In this document: one piece after another, positions 8,192 through 16,278 of the stretch
Position numbering within the stretch: position 1 is the first letter of the stretch
Layout of the letters: each line of letters starts with the position of its first letter
From: a virus
Lineage: Duplodnaviria > Heunggongvirae > Uroviricota > Caudoviricetes
DNA: 39,379 nucleotides
IMG/VR virus record: IMGVR_UViG_2778261458_000007
Direction: 5' to 3' (one strand)
The notes under the pieces: generated by a model
Database searches by the model: none
Told to the model about the DNA's origin: nothing
Seen by the model: only the letters and a program-made list of their open reading frames with translations
Translations under genes and position numbers: made by a program

Positions 8192-8208
8192 ATTACCTCA
8201 TGGGTAAA
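8192..8208. promoter_or_regulatory. Operator site 8: ATTACCTCATGGGTAAA
   Basis: Overlaps -10 TTTAAT and ends 2 bp before start codon at 8211. Confidence 0.55.
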
Positions 8209-8210
8209 TC

Positions 8211-8555
8211 ATGAGAAAACAGATACAGGCTCTTGGTCGACTCAAAACAGGCCAGATGAACAAAACAGAATCTGCGTATTGCCAGCACCTTGAGCAGCGT
8301 AAACGTGCAGGGGAAATCGCCTGGTATCGATTCGAGGGTATCAAGCTGCGGTTAGCTGACAACACGTTCTATACGCCAGATTTCGCTGTGATGCTCGCCA
8401 CCGGAGAGATGGAACTGCACGAAGTGAAAGGTTTCTGGACCGACGACGCCAGGGTGAAAACCAAAGTCGCCGCAGATCAGTATCCGTTCCGAATCATCGG
8501 GGTAACGGTTAAGCCAAAGAAAGCAGGTGGTGGCTGGAACATCGAAGAGTTCTGA
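8211..8555 (+). CDS. DUF1064-like protein (putative nuclease)
   Basis: 114-aa ORF; motif pattern resembles DUF1064 phage proteins; start sits immediately after operator site 8. Confidence 0.55.
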   Translation: MRKQIQALGRLKTGQMNKTESAYCQHLEQRKRAGEIAWYRFEGIKLRLADNTFYTPDFAVMLATGEMELHEVKGFWTDDARVKTKVAADQYPFRIIGVTVKPKKAGGGWNIEEF

Positions 8556-8616
8556 ATCGACGATCTTTTTAGTTATCAATGTAATCAATAAGTTATGTGG
8601 ATAAGCGAGGGTAAAG

Positions 8617-9066
8617 ATGGAAAGTAATATCAAAGGGTTAGTTTCCGCCGGGCATGAGATGGTTTCGGAACTGAAAGCAGAATGTGGTGCCGTTGATATG
8701 CGCAGTGTGGCAAAGCTGATCAGCGATTTGGCAACGCAACTGGAAGTGCAACTGGTGCGTGCTAATGCGCTGGCGGCGGAGAATGTGGGGCTAAAGGCGA
8801 TATGTGATGACCGTCGCAGGTTCATCATGAATGGGGTGCAGATGGGTTATATCAAGGTGCCAGCAGCGGAAACAGATCCAGACCTTGAGACAATTCGCAT
8901 TGCTATATCACCACAAAAGCCCATTCCAGCCACTGATGCTTTCCTGTCTGAAGTGCGGGCGCAGGGGGTAGAGATGATGCGCGAACATCCATCAATCAAA
9001 CTTTGCTCTTTGACGCACATATGTGACGAGTTAGCCGCTCAGCTTCGCAAAGGAGGCCACCAGTGA
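8617..9066 (+). CDS. Hypothetical protein (149 aa)
   Basis: ORF with RBS GAGGG 5 nt upstream. Confidence 0.45.
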   Translation: MESNIKGLVSAGHEMVSELKAECGAVDMRSVAKLISDLATQLEVQLVRANALAAENVGLKAICDDRRRFIMNGVQMGYIKVPAAETDPDLETIRIAISPQKPIPATDAFLSEVRAQGVEMMREHPSIKLCSLTHICDELAAQLRKGGHQ

Positions 9067-9362
9067 CTGTATGTCTTATTGATAAACGTCGACGTGAGCA
9101 ACAAATACCATCTGTTGAAATGCCGAATCACACATGGTTTTGCGTACTTGATATCGATGGTATGGATGCGTTGGTTGACACTCGTCATTACTGCGATACC
9201 GCAACAGCTACTCCGGCGAAAGCAAAGAAAATGGCTGCTCTGATAGAAAACTGGACTCCACCTGATGGTTGGTGCAATGGGAATGATCGAGATTGGCATG
9301 AAAAAATGAAGGGCTATATCTGCGATTTCTTACGTAAATGCAACGGCTTCAGGGTGATGTGA
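9063..9362 (+). CDS. Hypothetical protein (99 aa)
   Basis: GTG start with AGGAGG 6 nt upstream; overlaps previous stop. Confidence 0.45.
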   Translation: MTVCLIDKRRREQQIPSVEMPNHTWFCVLDIDGMDALVDTRHYCDTATATPAKAKKMAALIENWTPPDGWCNGNDRDWHEKMKGYICDFLRKCNGFRVM

Positions 9363-9363
9363 T

Positions 9364-9933
9364 ATGACCACTATGAACAGAGAAGAACAAAAGCAAGTTC
9401 TCATAGATACAGCTAATCACGTAATCAACCGTGATAATACTTCACCATATAGCGAAAATCTTAAAGAACTGGCACGAATTGCGCTGGCATCGCTGGAAGC
9501 AGAGCCTGTAACCCAAACTTACAACTTGCCAGAATTAATCGAAGGCATGGAAGTTTCTATTGATGTAAGCACTTGTGATGCTGATTTAGGTAATCGCTAT
9601 TTCGGCACCGTCACCGAGGCGTTAGAACTTGATACAGCCAAGAATGGTTACATCCTCCTGGTTCAGGACGCAGAGCCAAACTTCGATGTAAATGGCAACT
9701 CTCCGGTAACTCCGGATGGTTGGATAAGCTGTAGTGAGCGAATGCCGGAAGACACCAAAATGTTACTGGCATTTAGTCAAGGTCGAATAGTGGCAGCATA
9801 TTGGAACTGGGTAATGAATCCAATTGATTACAAAAAATACAGAGCTTTCACATATTTATCAGGAAATATCTTGGATGACGTAACCCACTGGATGCCTCTA
9901 CCTGAACCGCCTCAGGAGGTTAACCGTGGCTAA
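9364..9933 (+). CDS. DUF551-like protein
   Basis: 189-aa ORF; C-terminal WISCSERMPED...HWMPLPEPP resembles DUF551 proteins of lambdoid nin/ea regions. Confidence 0.5.
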   Translation: MTTMNREEQKQVLIDTANHVINRDNTSPYSENLKELARIALASLEAEPVTQTYNLPELIEGMEVSIDVSTCDADLGNRYFGTVTEALELDTAKNGYILLVQDAEPNFDVNGNSPVTPDGWISCSERMPEDTKMLLAFSQGRIVAAYWNWVMNPIDYKKYRAFTYLSGNILDDVTHWMPLPEPPQEVNRG

Positions 9934-10207
9934 CCTGCAACTTGCCGTCAAAGGTGAATACTTCGATGCCATGATTCGAGGAGAGAAAACGGAAGAGTAT
10001 CGACTGTGTAATGACTACTGGAATAAGCGAATTATGTTCCGGGAGTATGACCGCCTGATTATCACAAAGGGATATCCGAAGCGCGACGATTCCAGCCGAA
10101 GAATTGATGTTCCGTATGACGGATATGAAATCAAGACAATCACACATCCCCACTTCGGCGATAAACCGGTTAAGGTGTTCGCGATAAAGGTGAATATTGA
10201 TGTCTAA
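9926..10207 (+). CDS. ASCH/PUA-like small protein
   Basis: 93-aa ORF; GTG start with AGGAGG upstream; pattern resembles ASCH/DUF3850 proteins. Confidence 0.45.
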   Translation: MANLQLAVKGEYFDAMIRGEKTEEYRLCNDYWNKRIMFREYDRLIITKGYPKRDDSSRRIDVPYDGYEIKTITHPHFGDKPVKVFAIKVNIDV

Positions 10208-10538
10208 ATCAGCAGCAGAGCGCAAAGCCGCTCAGAGAGCCAGACAAGCTGAATCCGGTGTACGTAAGCTGGAGATTGTGCTTGATGCTCAGGAAATTGA
10301 AATGCTGGAGCGTAACTGTGCCACGCGTCGCCCCGGGCGTGCGCCTTACGAATTTGGTGAGTATATAGCGTTACTGATCCGCCAGGATGATGCACGCGTG
10401 CGCGGGCGTATAAAATCGATCAGCAGAAAACGTTGCGGTAAGTGCGGCGAGAGAGTTCCTGTGAATTCATGCCCGTGTAATGGTGACTCGCAATGCTGGG
10501 TGACCAAAGGCTGGCATGAAACGAAATTAATAGTGTGA
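10200..10538 (+). CDS. Hypothetical protein (Cys-rich C-terminus)
   Basis: ATG 10200 with AAGGTG upstream; C-terminal CGKCGERVPVNSCPCNGDSQC; stop lies inside palindrome GTGACATGTCAC. Confidence 0.45.
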   Translation: MSKSAAERKAAQRARQAESGVRKLEIVLDAQEIEMLERNCATRRPGRAPYEFGEYIALLIRQDDARVRGRIKSISRKRCGKCGERVPVNSCPCNGDSQCWVTKGWHETKLIV

Positions 10539-10546
10539 CATGTCAC
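10535..10546. repeat. Palindrome GTGACATGTCAC (copy 1)
   Basis: Perfect 12-bp palindrome overlapping stop of gene ending 10538. Confidence 0.6.
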
Positions 10547-10555
10547 GAAGGTGTT

Positions 10556-10768
10556 ATGCCAAAAATACGCTACGACCTTGAAGATATGAGAGATAACTCA
10601 GCAAATTTTCCGAAAGAGGTTAAATTTCTCATGCATAAGTATGGTTGCGCCAGGAGGGATATAGTTATCGACAGTCAGCACCCTTGCGGCGAGGATGTAA
10701 TTTTCATTCGCGGTAAATGGGAAGGGTATCTTGACGAGAGTTTTTACGATGAATTTGATGGACTTTGA
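10556..10768 (+). CDS. Hypothetical protein (70 aa)
   Basis: ATG 10556 with GAAGG upstream; followed by strong intrinsic terminator. Confidence 0.4.
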   Translation: MPKIRYDLEDMRDNSANFPKEVKFLMHKYGCARRDIVIDSQHPCGEDVIFIRGKWEGYLDESFYDEFDGL

Positions 10769-10773
10769 ATACT

Positions 10774-10799
10774 GCCGCCAACTATGGCGGCTTTATTTT
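10774..10799 (+). terminator. Intrinsic terminator separating early genes from terminase operon
   Basis: Hairpin GCCGCC-AACTAT-GGCGGC followed by TTTATTTT. Confidence 0.65.
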
Positions 10800-10809
10800 G
10801 CATGGTACT

Positions 10810-10826
10810 ATTACCACAACGGTAAC
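10810..10826. promoter_or_regulatory. Operator site 9 (terminase promoter): ATTACCACAACGGTAAC
   Basis: Between strong terminator and terS start; left half overlaps extended -10 TGGTACTAT. Confidence 0.55.
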
Positions 10827-10845
10827 TATTACCACGGTGGTTATG

Positions 10846-11439
10846 ATGCCTGCTGAACCTAAAACCTATAAACGCAAATCAACGCAATTTAAGCCGCTCA
10901 CAGCAATGCAGGAGGCTTATTGCCAGTCATACATCAAAACGCCTGAAAACCAGACTCAGGCAGCGATTAACGCAGGATTCTCCCCAAATACAGCGGCAGT
11001 TAAAGCCAGTGTCATGATGCGCGATGAACGCATTCAAAAACGGATTGCCGAGTTGATGGAGGAGCGCAACAAACGAATGCGCGTCAGTGCTGATTACGTT
11101 CTCATGCGCCTGGTGGAGATCGACCAGATGGACGTGATCGATATCCTCAACGACGATGGGAGCCTTAAACCAATCCGTGAGTGGCCGAAAATCTGGCGCA
11201 CTACGCTTAGTGGCTTTGATCTGTCATCGACCATCATGAACATGAACGAGGATTCGATAGAGACAATCCTCAAAAAAATTAAATGGCCTGACAAGGTGAA
11301 GAACCTTGAGCTGATTGGTAAGCATGTTGATGTCAACGCGTTCAAAGAACGTCTGGATGTTAATGTGAATGTGACAATTGCTGATCGCATAGCAGCAGCC
11401 AGGAAGCGACTCAAAGAACGTCAGGATGGTAATCAGTGA
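10846..11439 (+). CDS. Terminase small subunit
   Basis: Conserved region LTAMQEAYCQSYIKTPENQTQAAINAGFSPNTAAV typical of Terminase_2-type small subunits; immediately upstream of terL; start chosen at second ATG for RBS spacing. Confidence 0.7.
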   Translation: MPAEPKTYKRKSTQFKPLTAMQEAYCQSYIKTPENQTQAAINAGFSPNTAAVKASVMMRDERIQKRIAELMEERNKRMRVSADYVLMRLVEIDQMDVIDILNDDGSLKPIREWPKIWRTTLSGFDLSSTIMNMNEDSIETILKKIKWPDKVKNLELIGKHVDVNAFKERLDVNVNVTIADRIAAARKRLKERQDGNQ

Positions 11440-12911
11440 CAGATACAGCGTTATCTCCTGAAGAGCAGTTGATCGAGGATATTGCAGGGTTCACTCACGA
11501 TCCGCTTGGCTATGCCCTCTATGCGTTCCCGTGGGGGGAAGAGGGGACTGAACTGGCACATGCCACCGGCCCACGTCAGTGGCAGGCTGATGCGTTCCGA
11601 GAGATACGTGATCACCTGCAGAATCCAGAGACGCGCTATCAGCCGCTTATGCTGGCACGCGCTTCTGGTCACGGTATTGGTAAATCCGCATTCATCTCAA
11701 TGCTGATCAACTGGGGCATGTCCACTTGCGAGGATTGTAAGGTCGTGGTGACCGCCAACACCGACAACCAGCTACGAACGAAGACCTGGCCGGAAATTAT
11801 CAAGTGGTCGAACCTTGCTATCACGAAAGACTGGTTTACCTGTACCGCTACCGCGATGTACAGCAATGATCCTGGGCACGACAAGCGGTGGCGAGCTGAC
11901 GCAATCCCCTGGTCTGAGCACAACACTGAGGCATTCGCCGGACTACACAACGAGCGCAAACGCATCATCGTGGTATTCGATGAAGCGTCGAACATTGCCG
12001 ATCTGGTGTGGGAGGTAGCAGAGGGTGCGCTGACGGACGAAGACACCGAAATCATCTGGGTGGCGTTCGGGAACCCGACGCGTAACACCGGGCGTTTCCG
12101 TGAATGTTTCCGCAAGTACAAACACCGCTGGAAGTGTGCGCAGATTGACAGCCGGACGGTGGAAGGCACTAACAAACAGCAGTTGCAGAAATGGGTTGAT
12201 GACTACGGGGAAGACAGCGACTTCGTTAAAATCCGTGTGCGCGGCATATTCCCTGATGCATCTGAATTGCAGTTTATCCCTACCGGTCTTACTGATGAGG
12301 CAATGAAACGGGTGGTAACCGCTGCGCAGGTTGCACATGCTCCGGTGATAATCGGCGTTGACCCGGCATACTCAGGCGTTGATGACGCGGTGATATACCT
12401 GCGGCAGGGGCTGCACAGTAAGGTGCTATGGACTGGTAACAAGACCACCGACGATCTGATTATGGCGAAGCGTATCGCTGACTTTGAAGACCAGTACCAG
12501 GCTGACGCGGTGTTCATCGACTTCGGTTACGGAACCGGTCTGAAGTCAATCGGTGACGGATGGGGTCGTACATGGCAACTTGTTCCGTTCGGTGGCGCGT
12601 CTACTGACCCGCAGATGCTCAACAAGCGTGGGGAGATGTTCAATTCATGCAAGACATGGCTGAGGCTGGGCGGCATGCTGGATGACCAGGAAACAGCAGA
12701 CGACCTGTCGGCGGCTGAGTACAAAGTTCGTGTGGACGGTAAAATCGTTATCGAACCGAAGGAAGATATCAAAGAGCGTCTTGGGCGTTCGCCGGGTAAA
12801 GGCGATGCGCTACTGCTGACGTTTGCGTTCCCTGTGTCGAAGCGTCTGCGAATTCCTGGGCAGCAGAACCAGCAAGGCAAGGCCATCACAGATTATGACC
12901 CGTATGCTTAA
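11436..12911 (+). CDS. Terminase large subunit
   Basis: 491-aa ORF; Walker A-like GHGIGKS; acidic nuclease-type C-terminal region; coupled to terS. Confidence 0.85.
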   Translation: MTDTALSPEEQLIEDIAGFTHDPLGYALYAFPWGEEGTELAHATGPRQWQADAFREIRDHLQNPETRYQPLMLARASGHGIGKSAFISMLINWGMSTCEDCKVVVTANTDNQLRTKTWPEIIKWSNLAITKDWFTCTATAMYSNDPGHDKRWRADAIPWSEHNTEAFAGLHNERKRIIVVFDEASNIADLVWEVAEGALTDEDTEIIWVAFGNPTRNTGRFRECFRKYKHRWKCAQIDSRTVEGTNKQQLQKWVDDYGEDSDFVKIRVRGIFPDASELQFIPTGLTDEAMKRVVTAAQVAHAPVIIGVDPAYSGVDDAVIYLRQGLHSKVLWTGNKTTDDLIMAKRIADFEDQYQADAVFIDFGYGTGLKSIGDGWGRTWQLVPFGGASTDPQMLNKRGEMFNSCKTWLRLGGMLDDQETADDLSAAEYKVRVDGKIVIEPKEDIKERLGRSPGKGDALLLTFAFPVSKRLRIPGQQNQQGKAITDYDPYA

Positions 12912-12962
12912 TCCGCTGGTGGGGATAATGTCGTTGATATCCTCTGATGAGGATAAAACAAA

Positions 12963-12985
12963 GCCAGCTCATCGGCTGGCTGTTT
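12963..12985. terminator. Bidirectional hairpin/terminator between terL and gp49-like gene
   Basis: Hairpin GCCAGC-TCATCG-GCTGGC with T-rich tracts on both strands. Confidence 0.5.
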
Positions 12986-12997
12986 GTGACATGTCAC
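12986..12997. repeat. Palindrome GTGACATGTCAC (copy 2)
   Basis: Perfect 12-bp palindrome next to bidirectional hairpin, 5 bp from stop of gp49-like gene. Confidence 0.6.
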
Positions 12998-13001
12998 GGT
13001 G

Positions 13002-13379
13002 TTATTGCTCGCTTAGCTTCTGCTTCAGCAAGTAACCTTCGAGCATCCAGATTTTGTTTACAGCATTCTGCCGGGCAATCTTCCGACCAATTTCTGCATC
13101 AAAGTTTTCATGGCTTGCACAGGCGCTTTCTCCGGTTACAGTAAATCCGTTGCGCAGCACCAGAACGCAGAAGGTCAGAAGTGACTCAGCAGGGTGCGCT
13201 TCCTGGTAATAGTCAATTGGGCTTTCATGCGGTTTTAAAAGCTCATTAGCGCCATGAACCCCTTCTGCAGCCGTGAAATAGTGCTCACTAATAATCACGT
13301 CTTCGATGTGCTGCGGGGTGATTCGCGGTGCCGTTTTGCCTTTCTCAGTGATTTCTTTTTCGATTTGCTGGTCGTTCAT
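13002..13379 (-). CDS. Phage gp49/gp66-family protein (unknown function)
   Basis: 125-aa ORF on opposite strand between terminase and head genes; RBS AAGGTGAG; family assignment is from memory and tentative. Confidence 0.5.
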   Translation of the reverse strand: MNDQQIEKEITEKGKTAPRITPQHIEDVIISEHYFTAAEGVHGANELLKPHESPIDYYQEAHPAESLLTFCVLVLRNGFTVTGESACASHENFDAEIGRKIARQNAVNKIWMLEGYLLKQKLSEQ

Positions 13380-13390
13380 AATCTCACCTT

Positions 13391-13414
13391 AAAAAAATGC
13401 CCGGCGAACCGGGC
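13391..13414 (-). terminator. Intrinsic terminator upstream of gp49-like gene
   Basis: Hairpin GCCCGG-CGAA-CCGGGC followed on minus strand by seven T. Confidence 0.55.
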
Positions 13415-13492
13415 GAACTGGAAGCAATGAGTTATGCCTTCCGTGGCTGTACTGGTTTACAGCATGAAGTCATCGCAATGGCGTCCTGCTGT

Positions 13493-13534
13493 AAAAAGGG
13501 CGGTGATAGTCCTTCAAGGGAAACCATCACCGCC
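13493..13534 (-). terminator. Terminator of tRNA-Arg transcript
   Basis: 9-bp stem GGCGGTGAT/ATCACCGCC with structured 18-nt loop, followed on minus strand by CTTTTT; about 44 nt downstream of tRNA 3' end. Confidence 0.55.
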
Positions 13535-13577
13535 AAGCCCCTGGAACTTCTGGCATCACGGTCCTTAGGCGTGATTC

Positions 13578-13654
13578 TGGCGTGGCATGCAGGATTCGAA
13601 CCTGCGACCAACCGCTTAGAAGGCGGTTGCTCTGTCCAACTGAGCTAATGCCAC
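13578..13654 (-). tRNA. tRNA-Arg (anticodon UCU)
   Basis: 77-nt cloverleaf on minus strand: acceptor GTGGCAT/ATGCCAC, D-arm GCTC...GAGC, anticodon stem ACCGC/GCGGT with loop CTTCTAA, T-arm GCAGG-TTCGAAT-CCTGC, encoded CCA; own terminator downstream. Confidence 0.85.
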
Positions 13655-13976
13655 AACGCTGAGAGCACTTAGCCTGTTAAGTGCGCCACACTTTGTCGCA
13701 GCTCCATAAATGCTCTCATCGTTGTACCCTCGTCTCTTCCGAGGCGTCACACCGAATCGCCGGGATGGTGAATCCCCGTGCGCGGAATAAAACCGCTCGA
13801 CTTGCACATTCCAGCTACCTGGTTCGTTTGCCCGAGCAAGGGAGGGTGCCCCTTAAACGTATCCAGACCGCTATCGGCGCATGTGCCATACGCCGTACTG
13901 CTCAAAATAAAAGCTCACTCCACCTGTTCAATTTAACGACAAGCCAGTCAGGTTAATAACCGGAATGAACCCTTTA

Positions 13977-13993
13977 CTTACCTGAAAGGTAAT
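13977..13993. promoter_or_regulatory. Operator site 10 (head operon / tRNA divergent region): CTTACCTGAAAGGTAAT
   Basis: In noncoding region upstream of head genes and of minus-strand tRNA. Confidence 0.55.
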
Positions 13994-14082
13994 AATTCGT
14001 GCGTTAAATGTCAACTACCTACGATAAATAAATCATATGTGGTTAAATTGGTAATAATTTAATTGCGTACGGAGTCATTGAT

Positions 14083-14289
14083 ATGTGCATGGGTAGCTCA
14101 CCATCAGTGCCTGCAACACCAGAAGTTCAGGCAGCACCACAGGAGCAGGATGCCGCCGTTGTTGATGCCCGCGACGAAGAAACACGTCGCCGTCGCGCTG
14201 CTGCTGGTCGTAGTTCTACGCTGCTTACCGGTTCTCAGGGCGACACATCAACCGCTAATACCAGCGGTAAAACGCTGCTTGGTCAGTAA
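14083..14289 (+). CDS. Small hypothetical protein preceding portal (68 aa)
   Basis: ATG with GGAG RBS; shares 12-nt initiation region CGGAGTCATTGA with portal gene. Confidence 0.4.
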   Translation: MCMGSSPSVPATPEVQAAPQEQDAAVVDARDEETRRRRAAAGRSSTLLTGSQGDTSTANTSGKTLLGQ

Positions 14290-14303
14290 CCGGAGTCATT
14301 GAA

Positions 14304-15983
14304 ATGGCGGAAACAACTAAAGAGCGATTGAACAAACAGTTCGCACAACTTGAAAGCGAGCGTCAGTCGTTTGAGCCGCACTGGCGCGAGTTGAGTGATT
14401 ACATCAACCCGCGTGGTTCCCGCTTTCTGACTTCTGAGGTCAACCGTAACGATCGACGCAATACACGCATTATTGATTCGACCGGGACTATGGCGGCGCG
14501 CACTCTCGCCAGCGGCATGATGTCAGGCATCACAAGCCCCGCGCGTCCGTGGTTTCGCCTGGCTACGCCAGATCCTGAAATGATGGATTATGGCCCTGTT
14601 AAGTTGTGGCTTGAGGCGGTGCAGAACCGCATGAACGATATGTTCAATAAGTCGAATCTCTACCAGTCTCTTCCGCAGTTATACGGAAGCCTCGGCACAT
14701 ACAGCACTGGTGCAATGGCGGTGCTGGAGGATGACGAGGACATAATTCGCACAATGCCATTCCCGATAGGTAGTTACTACCTGGCTAACTCACCTCGTGG
14801 CAGTGTGGACACATGTTTTCGTAAGTTCTCTATGACTGTTCGTCAGCTTGTTCAGGAGTTCGGGCTAAATAACGTCAGCGAATCCGTAAAAAGCATGTGG
14901 GAAAGCGGTACCTACGAGAAGTGGATTGAAGTGATGCATTCGGTTTACCCGAACATTGACCGCGATACATCGAAGCTGGATAGCAAGAACAAGCCATTCA
15001 AATCGGTTTATTACGAGGTTGGTGGCGATAACGACAAGTTGTTGCGTGAGTCCGGATTCGATGAGTTTCCAATTATGGCTCCGCGCTGGGAAGTTAACGG
15101 CGAAGATGTTTATGGATCATCATGCCCGGGTATGCTGGCGCTTGGACCTGTTAAGGCATTGCAGCTTCTCCAGAAGCGCAAGTCGCAGTTGATTGATAAA
15201 GCCACCAATCCGCCGATGGTTGCTCCGACTTCCCTCAAGAATCAGCGCGCCTCCCTTCTTCCTGGCGACATCACGTATATCGATCAGATTACTGGTCAGG
15301 ATGGCTTCAGGCCTGCTTATCTGGTTAACCCCAGTACAGCAGATTTGGTGGCAGACATTCAGGACACTCGTCAAATCATTAACAGCGCCTACTTTGTCGA
15401 TCTGTTCATGATGTTGCAGAACATCAATACCCGCTCGATGCCTGTTGAAGCGGTGATCGAAATGAAAGAAGAAAAACTTCTGATGTTGGGGCCGGTTCTG
15501 GAGCGTCTGAACGACGAATGTCTTAATCCTCTCATTGACCGCGCTTTCTCGATGATGGTGCGTAAAAACATGCTGCCGCCACCGCCTGACGCGATGGAAG
15601 GTATGCCCCTGAAGGTCGAATACATTTCCGTCATGGCTCAGGCGCAGAAGTCTATCGGCCTGTCCAGTCTGGCGTCTACGGTCAACTTCATTGGTCAACT
15701 TGCGCAAGCGAAACCAGAAGCTCTCGACAAACTCAACGTTGATCAGGCGATCGATGCATTCGCTGATATGTCCGGAGTGTCTCCAACCGTCATTGTTCCG
15801 CAGGAACAGGTTGAGCAGGCTCGCCAGCAACGGGCACAGCAACAACAGCAGCAACAAATGATGGAGATGGGGATGGCGGCGGCACAGGGTGCCAAGACGC
15901 TAAGCGAAGCTAAAACTTCGGATCCGAGTGTTTTGTCAGCTATGGCGAATGCAGTTAGTGGTCAGGGTGGGCAATCACAATGA
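14304..15983 (+). CDS. Portal (head-to-tail connector, T7 gp8-like)
   Basis: 559-aa ORF directly after terminase module; Gln-rich C-terminus (QARQQRAQQQQQQQMMEMGMAAAQG) parallels T7-type connector C-terminus. Confidence 0.7.
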   Translation: MAETTKERLNKQFAQLESERQSFEPHWRELSDYINPRGSRFLTSEVNRNDRRNTRIIDSTGTMAARTLASGMMSGITSPARPWFRLATPDPEMMDYGPVKLWLEAVQNRMNDMFNKSNLYQSLPQLYGSLGTYSTGAMAVLEDDEDIIRTMPFPIGSYYLANSPRGSVDTCFRKFSMTVRQLVQEFGLNNVSESVKSMWESGTYEKWIEVMHSVYPNIDRDTSKLDSKNKPFKSVYYEVGGDNDKLLRESGFDEFPIMAPRWEVNGEDVYGSSCPGMLALGPVKALQLLQKRKSQLIDKATNPPMVAPTSLKNQRASLLPGDITYIDQITGQDGFRPAYLVNPSTADLVADIQDTRQIINSAYFVDLFMMLQNINTRSMPVEAVIEMKEEKLLMLGPVLERLNDECLNPLIDRAFSMMVRKNMLPPPPDAMEGMPLKVEYISVMAQAQKSIGLSSLASTVNFIGQLAQAKPEALDKLNVDQAIDAFADMSGVSPTVIVPQEQVEQARQQRAQQQQQQQMMEMGMAAAQGAKTLSEAKTSDPSVLSAMANAVSGQGGQSQ

Positions 15984-16276
15984 CAGATTACGAAGACGAT
16001 CAACTGAAAGAAGAAAACGCCCGTAAGCAACGTGACATGGCACAGCGTGAAATTGATGACATTCGCTTTGTCATGAGCAGTGAACAGGGGCGTCGCGTTG
16101 TCTGGTCTGTGCTGGAGAAAGGCCGGGTGTTTTCCGCTATCTCTCCGATGGATGCTATGGCAATGGCATTTAATGAGGGGCAACGCAATCTGGCGCTGGA
16201 ACTGTTTCAGCGCGTTATGGCGCATTGCCCTGAACAGTATTTGAAGATGGCCAAAGAGGCCAGTGAACAGGAGTGA
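15980..16276 (+). CDS. Hypothetical head-assembly protein (98 aa)
   Basis: Coupled between portal and scaffold genes. Confidence 0.45.
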   Translation: MTDYEDDQLKEENARKQRDMAQREIDDIRFVMSSEQGRRVVWSVLEKGRVFSAISPMDAMAMAFNEGQRNLALELFQRVMAHCPEQYLKMAKEASEQE

Positions 16277-16278
16277 TC

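Noticed and set aside
8596-8604. DnaA box TGTGGATAA upstream of the gene at 8617
   Set aside because: Single 9-mer whose expected chance frequency in 39 kb is about 0.3; the sequence is also similar to the ATGTGG element, so a DnaA role is unsupported.
13578-13654. tRNA-Arg as the integration (att) site of the prophage
   Set aside because: The tRNA is complete with CCA, lies 13 kb from the integrase inside the packaging/head region on the opposite strand, and has its own terminators. It is phage cargo, not a junction.
13616-13956. 63-aa and 91-aa ORFs in the tRNA upstream region
   Set aside because: No RBS, and they overlap a structured noncoding region; more likely leader or regulatory sequence.
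15120-15857. 245-aa minus-strand ORF, and similar antisense ORFs (16408-16989, 19528-20232, 11669-12175, 23465-23947, 36976-37632)
   Set aside because: They lie fully inside well-supported sense-strand structural or terminase genes and have no RBS or recognisable motif; shadow ORFs.
15837-15857. CAG/CAA simple repeat
   Set aside because: It encodes the poly-Gln tract near the portal C-terminus; a coding low-complexity region, not a regulatory repeat.
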